Assembly: GCA_945870225.1 (NCBI GenBank)
Contig: CAMBRF010000010.1
Span: forward strand, 20,880-84,879
From: PVC group bacterium
Lineage (GTDB): Bacteria; Verrucomicrobiota; Kiritimatiellia; CAIKKV01; CAITUY01
Direction of reading: 5' to 3'
Length of the DNA stretch: 64,000 bases
The translations under genes and the position numbers were made by a program. Positions 9,495 to 17,461 of this stretch are shown here, piece after piece; the stretch's first letter is position 1, and every line of letters starts with the position of its first letter. The notes beneath the pieces were generated by a model. It was not told where the DNA came from. It ran no database searches and was given only the letters and a program-made list of their open reading frames with translations.

Positions 9495-9941
9495 ATGGGA
9501 TCACGACATGAAGCCCGTGAATGGGCTGTTCAACTTCTGTTTCAACTGGATTTCAATCCGGATGATGTGGAGGTGGCGATCTCTTCGTTCTGGTTGGAGC
9601 GTAAGGGCAGCGCCAAATCGCGCCAGTTTGTCGAGGAAACCGTGCGGGGCGTGATGACCCACAAGGGTGAGATCGACAAGCTGATTCAAAAGTGCGCGAA
9701 AAACTGGTCCATCACGCGAATGGCCGGAGTCGATCGCAATATCATCCGTCTGGCAACCTATGAGATGACATTCCGCACGGATATCCCCGCCGCCGTCTCG
9801 ATCAACGAAGCGGTGGAAATTGCCAAAACCCTGGGCGACGTGGGATCACCGCGTTTTGTGAACGGGGTCCTGGACCGGTTGCGGAAGGATGTCGCCGCGG
9901 CGGAACCTGCGGCGAAAGTCGTTCCGGGTGATAAGCCATGA
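9495..9941 (+). CDS. nusB: Transcription antitermination factor NusB
   Basis: About 148 aa from ATG at 9495 (in frame within track ORF 9396..9941). 'RHEAREWAVQLLFQLDF' N-terminus. 'INEAVEIAKTLGDVGSPRFVNGVLDRL' C-terminal NusB signature. Directly follows ribH, as is common. Confidence 0.9.
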   Translation: MGSRHEAREWAVQLLFQLDFNPDDVEVAISSFWLERKGSAKSRQFVEETVRGVMTHKGEIDKLIQKCAKNWSITRMAGVDRNIIRLATYEMTFRTDIPAAVSINEAVEIAKTLGDVGSPRFVNGVLDRLRKDVAAAEPAAKVVPGDKP

Positions 9942-10843
9942 AGTCCTGGCTGAATGCCCTGGCGCGGACCCGTGATAAGATTGTGGGCGGGCTGGCCCGG
10001 CTTGTACCGGGACTGGCCAAGGCCGATCCAGCCGCCCTTGAGGAATGGGAGCGGGCGCTGATCCAGGCGGACATTTCGCCGAGGCTTGTGGGGGAATGGA
10101 TCGAACGCCTCCGCCGCCAGGCAGGCCGGGGGGATGTCCGGTCTGAAATTGAGACCATGCTGCAGGCGACCTTCCCCGCGGAAGCACCCTTTACCTGGCG
10201 CTCCGGCGAGACGCCCCGCGTCGTCCTTATCACCGGAGTGAACGGCTCGGGCAAAACAACGACTGCGGCCAAACTCGGCCACCTGATCAAACGGGAGGGA
10301 CTGAAACCCCTGCTGGCCGCCGCAGACACCTTCCGGGCGGCGGGCTCCCATCAATTGAAACTGTGGGCCGACCGGCTGGACCTGGATGCCGTCGTGGGGG
10401 CACATGGGGCCGACTCGGCCGCCGTGGCTTTCGACTCGGTAAAGGCGGGGATCGCACGGCGGTCGGACGTGGTCCTGATCGATACCGCCGGGCGCATGCA
10501 CACGAAGCAGCCCCTGATGAATGAGTTGCAGAAGGTGCATCGGTCCGTGGCCAAGGCCCTGCCCGGCGCGCCACACGAAAGCTGGATCGTGCTTGATGCC
10601 ACGCTGGGAAACAATGCCGTGGTTCAGGCCCGCATGTTCAAGGAATGTGTCGCCCTCACCGGCGTGGTGGTGGCCAAGCTGGACGGATCATCCAAGGCCG
10701 GCTTTATTTTTACGCTTCAAAAGGAACTGGGGCTACCGGTTCGTTTCATCGGTTTGGGCGAAGGGGCTGATGATATTGTACCTTTCAATCCCGGGGAATT
10801 CGTGAAGGGTTTCCTGGGGCTGAGCAGTAACCATGCGGACTGA
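9938..10843 (+). CDS. ftsY: Signal recognition particle receptor FtsY (short form lacking an extended A domain)
   Basis: 301 aa. Start overlaps the nusB stop (ATGA). SRP-GTPase motifs 'ITGVNGSGKTTTAAKL' (G1), 'DTAGR' (G3), 'AKLDGSSKAG' (G4-G5). Contains the N-domain four-helix bundle. Confidence 0.9.
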   Translation: MKSWLNALARTRDKIVGGLARLVPGLAKADPAALEEWERALIQADISPRLVGEWIERLRRQAGRGDVRSEIETMLQATFPAEAPFTWRSGETPRVVLITGVNGSGKTTTAAKLGHLIKREGLKPLLAAADTFRAAGSHQLKLWADRLDLDAVVGAHGADSAAVAFDSVKAGIARRSDVVLIDTAGRMHTKQPLMNELQKVHRSVAKALPGAPHESWIVLDATLGNNAVVQARMFKECVALTGVVVAKLDGSSKAGFIFTLQKELGLPVRFIGLGEGADDIVPFNPGEFVKGFLGLSSNHAD

Positions 10844-11936
10844 CCAAGACATACAATGGATGCAGGAGGCGCTGGAATGCGCCCGGCGCGGTGAAGGGCT
10901 GACACGCCCTAATCCCCCTGTCGGTGCCGTGGTGGTCCGCAGAGGTGTTGCCGTCGGGCGCGGCTTCCATCGCAAGGCCGGTGGACCGCATGCCGAGGTG
11001 CTGGCGCTGCAGCAGGCGGGGACGCGGGCGCGCGGCGCCACTTTGTATGTGACCCTTGAGCCGTGCTGCACCTGGGGTCGGACGCCGCCCTGCACGGACG
11101 CCATCCTCGCCTCCGGAATCCGGCGGGTGGTGGTCGGAGCGGTGGATCCCAATCCCCTCCATGCAGGCAGGGGCTTGCGCCGTCTCAAGCGGGCCGGCAT
11201 GGAGATTGTTTCGGGCGTCGCGGGCGATGAGGCCCGGGCACTGATCGCCCCTTTCACCTCGACTATGACCCGGCACCGGCCGTTTATCACCCTCAAGATG
11301 GCGGTTTCGCTGGATGGAAAAATTGCCGATGCGGCCGGCCGTTCAAAATGGATCACCGGACCTGCCGCACGGAACGTGGTGCAGGATCTGCGCCGCCGTT
11401 GTGATGTCATTCTGGTGGGCGCGACGACCGCCTGCCTTGACAATCCATCCTTGTTACCCCGACCGGCACGGGGGCGGGAGCCGTTCCGGGTGATTATCGA
11501 CTCGACCGGAAGGCTCCCCTACTCCAGCCGGGTCCTGACCGATGGGGCCCACCTCCAGACCATTGTGGCGACCACCATGCGGTGCCCGGCCGCCCGGCGC
11601 GCGGCCTATGCCGCCTGCGGCGCCCAGGTGTGGTGCCTGCCTTCATCGGCCGGTCGGATTTCCCTGAAAGCCCTGCTGCGAAAGCTGCAGGGGCTTGGGG
11701 CTTTGCATGTTCTGGTTGAAGGCGGGGGCGAACTGGCCGCGGCGTTCCTGAGGACAGGCCAGGTGGATGAACTGGTCTGGTTTGTGGCCCCCCTGATTCT
11801 TGGAAATACCGGGGTACCGGCAGTCGGCGGAAAAGGCTGGCCGCTGGCCAAGGCGCCACGAATGAAGCTTGTGGAGACAAGGCGGTTGGGCGACGATGTG
11901 ATGATACGGGCAATGAGCGAGAGAGGGCCGCACTGA
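10833..11936 (+). CDS. ribD: Bifunctional riboflavin biosynthesis protein RibD (pyrimidine deaminase / reductase)
   Basis: 367 aa. Overlaps the ftsY 3' end by 11 nt. CMP/dCMP-type deaminase zinc motifs 'HAEVLAL' and 'PCCTWGRTPPC'. C-terminal RibD reductase domain ('KMAVSLDGKIA', 'VLVEGGGELA'). Confidence 0.9.
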   Translation: MRTDQDIQWMQEALECARRGEGLTRPNPPVGAVVVRRGVAVGRGFHRKAGGPHAEVLALQQAGTRARGATLYVTLEPCCTWGRTPPCTDAILASGIRRVVVGAVDPNPLHAGRGLRRLKRAGMEIVSGVAGDEARALIAPFTSTMTRHRPFITLKMAVSLDGKIADAAGRSKWITGPAARNVVQDLRRRCDVILVGATTACLDNPSLLPRPARGREPFRVIIDSTGRLPYSSRVLTDGAHLQTIVATTMRCPAARRAAYAACGAQVWCLPSSAGRISLKALLRKLQGLGALHVLVEGGGELAAAFLRTGQVDELVWFVAPLILGNTGVPAVGGKGWPLAKAPRMKLVETRRLGDDVMIRAMSERGPH

Positions 11937-12583
11937 TGTTTACAGGTCTAATCCAGAAAGTCGGAACTCTGGCGGCGATGAAGGCACGGAGTAACGGCAT
12001 GAGCCTGGTGATCCGGCACGACGCCTGGGACTCTCCCTTGGTAAAGGGCGAAAGCGTTGCCGTCCAGGGCGTCTGCCTGACGGTGACAACCCTTGCGGCC
12101 TCCGAGTTCACCTGTGATGTCCTGAAAGAGACCTTAAGCAAAACCCAGCTGGGCAAGCGGCCGGTCGGGTCAGCCCTGAATCTGGAACGTGCCATGAAAG
12201 CCGACGACCGACTGGGCGGGCACATTGTGACCGGACACATTGATGGGCAGGGCACGGTGAAATCAATCGTCCAGACCGGCGAAGACTGGATGCTGGAGGT
12301 CGGGTGTGATGAGGCCCTCCTCTCGGGCATGGTGCAAAAGGGATCGGTGGCGATTGATGGGGTGAGCCTGACGATCGCGGACTTGCGCCCCGCATCTTTT
12401 ACCGTCCACCTGATTCCGCATACCTGGCAGCAAACCTCACTGCGCACCCTGAAAACCGGCCATAGCGTCAACCTGGAAAACGACATCATCGGCAAGTATG
12501 TACAGCGTTACCTTGAGAAAACCCGCCCGGCTCAAGGGATAACCCTGGACCGAATCCGCGCGGCAGGGTTTATGGCAGGTTAG
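11936..12583 (+). CDS. ribE: Riboflavin synthase alpha subunit
   Basis: 215 aa. Start overlaps the ribD stop. Two lumazine-binding repeats: 'MFTGLIQKVG...GESVAVQGVCLTV' and 'GHIVTGHIDG...GSVAIDGVSLTI'. Confidence 0.9.
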   Translation: MFTGLIQKVGTLAAMKARSNGMSLVIRHDAWDSPLVKGESVAVQGVCLTVTTLAASEFTCDVLKETLSKTQLGKRPVGSALNLERAMKADDRLGGHIVTGHIDGQGTVKSIVQTGEDWMLEVGCDEALLSGMVQKGSVAIDGVSLTIADLRPASFTVHLIPHTWQQTSLRTLKTGHSVNLENDIIGKYVQRYLEKTRPAQGITLDRIRAAGFMAG

Positions 12584-12587
12584 GATC

Positions 12588-13871
12588 ATGACAGGAACCC
12601 TTCCCCCCATGAAACGGATCATTGTACTGTTGTCGGCATTGTTCCTGACTTTTGCGGCGACGACAGCCGCCTTGGTGGCGATGCCCTTTCGCGAGGAGGG
12701 AACGCTGCACTCCGTGCGGGTTGTCCTCGCACTCGCGTCATTTTTCCTGGGCGGGGCCTGGGTTCTGTTCTCCCTGCTGGCCCTACCGCGCATTGGAAGG
12801 GCGGCGTTCCGTCTTATCCGGAGCCGTGCCGGATCTCGTGACTTTATCCCGCCGGTCGTTGCCCTGATCGCAAGCGCCCTTCCGCTCCTGATGTTGGCCG
12901 GGGTCGTAGCCCTGCCGGGCAGCGGCTTGCTACGTATGCCCGGCAACAGCTATCAGGGTCGCCCGCCGGAATTGACCGCGGATCAGAAGAACCTCCGCGA
13001 ACGGCTTCAGGATCATGTGCAGATGCTGGCAGGCACGTTGGGTGACCGGAATGTGGCCACCGAATACGATAAACTTGAAGCTGCCCGTCTCTACATCGAG
13101 GGAGTTTTCTCCAATCAGGGCTACGCGGTACAACGCCAGGAATACATACCGGTCCACAGCGCGGCACGGGGCAGACCTTGTTTCAACATCATCGTCGAAA
13201 TCCCCGGCACGACCCTGCCGGATGAAGTCGTCGTGATCGGCGCCCATTACGATTCCGTGATGGGCTGCCCGGGCGCCAATGATAACGCCTCGGGTGTGGC
13301 CGCGCTCCTCGAACTGGCCCGCGCCTATGCGGGACACCCCTCCCCCCGCACGCTTCGCCTGGTGGCTTTCGTCAATGAGGAACCCCCGTTCTTCTGGACT
13401 CGCGACATGGGCAGCGCCGTCTACGCGGACCGCTGCCGGGCCCGCCAGGAAAAGATTGTGGCCATGCTCAGCCTTGAGACACTGGGATATTATTCCGATG
13501 CCCCGCACAGTCAGCGGTACCCCTCCCCTGTATTTTCATGGTTTTTCCCGACAACCGGGAATTTCATCTCATTCGTCGGCAGCACCTCGGCGCGCAACCT
13601 GGTGCAACAGACCGTGGGCTCCTTCCGCCGCCACGCCGCCTTTCCTTCACAGGGAGCCGCGCTGCCCGGGGCCATCAGCGGCGTGGAATGGTCGGACAAC
13701 TGGGGCTTCAGCCATCGGGGCTATCCGGCATTGATGGTGACCGACACCGCCCCCTTCCGGTATTCCTACTACCACACCCCACACGACACGCCCGATAAAC
13801 TGGATTACGACCGCTTCGCTTATGTGACGAGTCTGCTGGAAAAAGTCATCAGCGATCTGCTATCACCCTAG
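12588..13871 (+). CDS. M28-family peptidase (aminopeptidase-like) with N-terminal membrane anchor
   Basis: 427 aa. M28 metal-binding blocks 'VVIGAHYDSV', 'GANDNASGVAALLELAR', 'LVAFVNEEPPFF', 'HTPHD'. Confidence 0.7.
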   Translation: MTGTLPPMKRIIVLLSALFLTFAATTAALVAMPFREEGTLHSVRVVLALASFFLGGAWVLFSLLALPRIGRAAFRLIRSRAGSRDFIPPVVALIASALPLLMLAGVVALPGSGLLRMPGNSYQGRPPELTADQKNLRERLQDHVQMLAGTLGDRNVATEYDKLEAARLYIEGVFSNQGYAVQRQEYIPVHSAARGRPCFNIIVEIPGTTLPDEVVVIGAHYDSVMGCPGANDNASGVAALLELARAYAGHPSPRTLRLVAFVNEEPPFFWTRDMGSAVYADRCRARQEKIVAMLSLETLGYYSDAPHSQRYPSPVFSWFFPTTGNFISFVGSTSARNLVQQTVGSFRRHAAFPSQGAALPGAISGVEWSDNWGFSHRGYPALMVTDTAPFRYSYYHTPHDTPDKLDYDRFAYVTSLLEKVISDLLSP

Positions 13872-13891
13872 AAAGACCCTCAGGAGAGACC

Positions 13892-15520
13892 ATGAGTACA
13901 GACATCATCAAGTGTGAGCCCTTACTGACCGATGCGGAAACATCCGCCTTGGACGCCTTCTGCCGTGACCATGCGGGCATCGGCGCGCTGCCGGCGCTGG
14001 CGGCTTTCCTGCGGGACCGGTTCGGGGTGGTGCTGGAATGCGATCCTGATATCGTTGCGGGGTTTGCCAACGACAGTTCAAACCTGCCCGGCAGCGCCCA
14101 GGCGGTCAGCCGCCCGGCCAACCCGCGCGACTGTGCCGTGGTCCTGCGAGCCTGTTCGCAGGCGGGCATCCCCATCACCCTGTCTGGAGGAAAGTCCAAT
14201 CTCACCGGAAGCGCCACGCCCGAAGGCGGCGTGGTAATGTCCCTCGTCCGTTTCCTCAGTGCCGATGGCACCGGGGGACCGCCGGTCATCGTCGACGCCG
14301 GAGCCCAGACTGTACGGGGCGCGGTGGGAATGATTGTTGAGGACATGCGCAAGGAAGTCCGGCGCGTCACGGAAGGCCGGCTGTTCTATCCCGTCGACCC
14401 CACCAGCCGCGCGGACGCCTGTGTGGGCGGGATCGTGGTATGCAATGCGTCGGGCTTTGTGCCCGGTCCCGCCGGCGCCACGCGCGAATGGGTCCGCGCC
14501 ATCGAGATGGTGCTGCCAGACGGTTCACTGATCCGCGCGGAACGGGATCAGTATGTCTCACGCGATGGCCGCTTTATCCTCGAGACCGGCGCCGGCCGGC
14601 ACGAATGGCCGGTCCCGCGTTACCCGCGCCCCGCCATCAAAAACGCCGGCGGCCCGTTTTCCGCCCTGGATGGAACCATGGATTGGATCGACCTGATCGT
14701 CGGCAGCGAAGGATTGTTTGGCGTGGTCACCGGTTGCACGTTCGGCCTGCGCAAGAGTCCCGACGCCGTACTGGATCTGTTTTTCTCCCTGCGTGATGAA
14801 GCGATGGCGCTGGCGTTCCATCGCCAGGTCCAGTCGCACCTCAAGGGCGACCTGAGTTCGCTGGGCGCGCTGGAATATTTCGGAGTCAACTGCCCGAGCT
14901 ACATGAACCACCGCAATCTTCTGTTCCATGGAGCCGATACGGTGGGAATCTACCTGCAGGTCCCCCTGTATGACCGCTCCTTGGATGAGGCCGCCGAGGA
15001 GTGGATGGGTGTGATCCTCGAGAGCGGTTGCGGCGTTCAGGATGAAGCGGTGATGCTGCTCGATTCAGAACGCAACTGGACGATGTTCATGGAGGCGCGC
15101 CATTCATTGCCGGCAAATGCCCTGGAGGTGGTCAAACACCGCAATGCCTTCACCATCATGACGGATACCGTGGTGCCCCCCGAACGGTTTGAGGAGTTCC
15201 TGACGTTCACGCACCGTATTTTGAACGAGGCGGGTATGGAGTATCTGGCCTTCGGGCATCTCGGGGACTGTCACCTTCACTTCACCCTGCTGCCGCATCG
15301 CGAACAGCTCGAGCGCGGCGTGGCCCTGTATGATGCCATTGTCGCCAAATCAGCGGATCTGGGTGGCGTCTATTCGGGGGAACATGGCACCGGCAAACGC
15401 AAGCGCAAGGACTTTCTGCGCTGCTACGGTCCGGCCGCCGTCGAAGACGTCAGGCGCTGCAAGGCGGCCGTTGACCCCGTCTTCGTGCTAAACCGCGGGA
15501 ACGTGCTGGAGGCGAAATGA
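13892..15520 (+). CDS. FAD-linked oxidase (GlcD / D-lactate dehydrogenase-like)
   Basis: 542 aa. FAD_binding_4 (PCMH) motif 'LSGGKSNLTGSATP'. C-terminal FAD-oxidase_C domain 'GHLGDCHLHF'. Confidence 0.7.
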   Translation: MSTDIIKCEPLLTDAETSALDAFCRDHAGIGALPALAAFLRDRFGVVLECDPDIVAGFANDSSNLPGSAQAVSRPANPRDCAVVLRACSQAGIPITLSGGKSNLTGSATPEGGVVMSLVRFLSADGTGGPPVIVDAGAQTVRGAVGMIVEDMRKEVRRVTEGRLFYPVDPTSRADACVGGIVVCNASGFVPGPAGATREWVRAIEMVLPDGSLIRAERDQYVSRDGRFILETGAGRHEWPVPRYPRPAIKNAGGPFSALDGTMDWIDLIVGSEGLFGVVTGCTFGLRKSPDAVLDLFFSLRDEAMALAFHRQVQSHLKGDLSSLGALEYFGVNCPSYMNHRNLLFHGADTVGIYLQVPLYDRSLDEAAEEWMGVILESGCGVQDEAVMLLDSERNWTMFMEARHSLPANALEVVKHRNAFTIMTDTVVPPERFEEFLTFTHRILNEAGMEYLAFGHLGDCHLHFTLLPHREQLERGVALYDAIVAKSADLGGVYSGEHGTGKRKRKDFLRCYGPAAVEDVRRCKAAVDPVFVLNRGNVLEAK

Positions 15521-16881
15521 GCAAAAGGATGGAGCTCGAATTCGGGGCGGAGAAGCTGAGCCTGGCTGTGCCGGAAGCCACGAATCTCCTGCGTCTTCCG
15601 GAGATTCGTCCCCTGGCCGATCCCGCCGGGGCCATTCTTACCGCCCTGGCGACACCGCTTGGCTCGCCTTCCTTCTCGAGCCTTGTGCGGGCCTGCCGGA
15701 ACCGGCAGGCCGATCCTTCGGCTGTGATCGTCATCAGCGACAACACCCGGCCGGTCCCCTACTGCGGGCCCGATGGCATACTGGAGCCTCTCCTGAGCCA
15801 GCTACGGGAAGGCGGTGTCCGTCGCATCACGATTCTGGTGGCCACTGGCACCCATCGCGAAATGACCGCTGACGAGTTACGCGCCATCCTCACCCCCTCG
15901 GCGTTCCAGGCCGATGTCACCATCGTCAACCACGATTGCCGCGATGAGTCATCCCTGCGCTGCATCGGGCGCACGCGGCGGGGTACGGACATCTGGCTGA
16001 ACCGTCACTATCTGGATGCCGACCTGAAGATCCTGACAGGTCTGGTCGAACCGCATTTCATGGCCGGGGTCAGCGGCGGCCCGAAGTCCATCTGCCCCGG
16101 GCTGGTTGGAGAAAAGGCCACGACCGTCTTCCACGGGGCACGCATGATGGCCGATGTCCGGGCGGCCAGCCTTCAGTTGGAGAGCAACCCCTGCCAGGAA
16201 GAGGCCATGGAGGTGGCAACCAAGGCCGGTGTGGATTTTATCATCAACGTCACGATCGGACGGAACCGCCAGCTTACCGGGGTGTTTGCCGGGGCGCTGG
16301 AGCAGGCGCATCGCGCGGCAGCAGAAAGGGTGATGACCGAATCCATCATCCCTATCCCGAGCGAATACGACGTGGTTGTGACGCATGCCGGGTTCGTGGG
16401 GATCAATCACTACCAGGCGGCTAAGGCGGCTGTCGAGGCCTCACGGGCCGTCCGGGCGGGCGGAACGCTCATCCTGGCCGCCAATAACACCGACAAGAAT
16501 CCCGTGGGAGGGCCGCACTACCGGCAGCTCCTGCCGCTGCTGACAGAACTGGGTATTGACGAACTGGAGCGCCGCCTGCTGTCAGCCGACTGGACCTTTG
16601 TCCCGGAACAGTGGGAGTTGCAGATGTGGGGCCGCGCCCTGCGCAAACTGGGTGATCCGAACCGGCTGGTTTACTGCTCACCCCAATTGACAGGCATGGC
16701 GTTTCACGGGCTGCCGGGGTGTGACGGCGGCACCGGATTAACAGGAAACCTGAGGGGACGGGACCTGGCCGAAGCCATGGTTCAACAGTCGATTGACCGC
16801 GCTCTCGCCGCTCAGCCGGATTCACGGGTAGCGGTTCTGGCTGACGGCCCATATGGCGTCCCAAGGATTGAAAACGGCTGA
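15517..16881 (+). CDS. LarA-family nickel-pincer-nucleotide-dependent racemase/epimerase homolog (lactate racemase-like)
   Basis: 454 aa. Start overlaps the upstream stop. DUF2088/LarA N-domain. Putative catalytic/cofactor residues aligned with LarA: 'ATGTHRE' (His), 'AGVSGGPKS' (Lys for NPN tethering), 'VFHGARMM' (His). Confidence 0.7.
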   Translation: MSKRMELEFGAEKLSLAVPEATNLLRLPEIRPLADPAGAILTALATPLGSPSFSSLVRACRNRQADPSAVIVISDNTRPVPYCGPDGILEPLLSQLREGGVRRITILVATGTHREMTADELRAILTPSAFQADVTIVNHDCRDESSLRCIGRTRRGTDIWLNRHYLDADLKILTGLVEPHFMAGVSGGPKSICPGLVGEKATTVFHGARMMADVRAASLQLESNPCQEEAMEVATKAGVDFIINVTIGRNRQLTGVFAGALEQAHRAAAERVMTESIIPIPSEYDVVVTHAGFVGINHYQAAKAAVEASRAVRAGGTLILAANNTDKNPVGGPHYRQLLPLLTELGIDELERRLLSADWTFVPEQWELQMWGRALRKLGDPNRLVYCSPQLTGMAFHGLPGCDGGTGLTGNLRGRDLAEAMVQQSIDRALAAQPDSRVAVLADGPYGVPRIENG

Positions 16882-16917
16882 TACAAAACGAGCCGGCAGG
16901 GGCGGGCACTGAAGCCT

Positions 16918-17346
16918 TCAGATAGGACGGGAAAAGGCCAGGCCAAAACTCAGTCCTTCACGGTCACAGTGCTGAACGTGAGCCTGGGCCATGACGAGAC
17001 TGTTGCTGCCAATCTTGAAAGAACCCCACTCAGGAATCCGAAAAGCCACATGACACGCGCTCATCAGGGCAGGAATGGAGGCACATTCCACTCGCATCCC
17101 CCCGCTGGATATATCACGCGCAATAGCTTTAATGATTGAAAGGTGTCCCGGGGTATCGAAGTGCAATTCAACGGGAAGCGAGCATCGGAAACGATAAAAC
17201 CGCCGGCGATTTTGAGGAAAAGCATCAGCCGCCTCCTTCCGCCGGACCATAAATCTGTTCCAGCCTCCGGCAACCGCCCGACCCAATTTCCGTACCGTAG
17301 CAGTCATATCCAGCCCCCCCTCGGACAAGACATATATTACATCCAA
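16918..17346 (-). CDS. Standalone PilZ-domain protein (c-di-GMP receptor)
   Basis: 142 aa. Canonical c-di-GMP switch motifs 'RRRFYR' (RxxxR) and 'DISSGG' (DxSxGG). Confidence 0.75.
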   Translation of the reverse strand: MDVIYVLSEGGLDMTATVRKLGRAVAGGWNRFMVRRKEAADAFPQNRRRFYRFRCSLPVELHFDTPGHLSIIKAIARDISSGGMRVECASIPALMSACHVAFRIPEWGSFKIGSNSLVMAQAHVQHCDREGLSFGLAFSRPI

Positions 17347-17370
17347 GCCATCCTAAGACCAAGGTGAAAG

Positions 17371-17392
17371 AGCTCAAAATTGAGCTTTTTTT
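17371..17392 (+). terminator. Putative intrinsic terminator acting on plus-strand transcripts (antisense to pilZ)
   Basis: 'AGCUC-AAAAUU-GAGCU' hairpin followed by U7. On the minus strand the same hairpin is preceded by an A-run, not followed by a U-run. Confidence 0.4.
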
Positions 17393-17461
17393 AATACAGA
17401 CCGCACGTGCGCACGGTCTGTATCATGGCCTTAAGAGGCTCTGAGAAGGGGCAAAACGGCC

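Noticed and set aside
9508-9654. Alternative nusB start at ATG 9508 (MKPVNGLF...)
   Set aside because: It lies in a different frame (ORF 9403..9654) that does not encode the NusB signature. The NusB frame starts at ATG 9495.
7517-12495. Multiple minus-strand ORFs (7517..8272, 8597..9286, 9758..10576, 10733..11443, 11494..12495) overlapping the rib operon
   Set aside because: The plus-strand genes (ribBA, ribH, nusB, ftsY, ribD, ribE) are unambiguous. The antisense ORFs are Arg/Pro/Ala-rich GC-frame artefacts.
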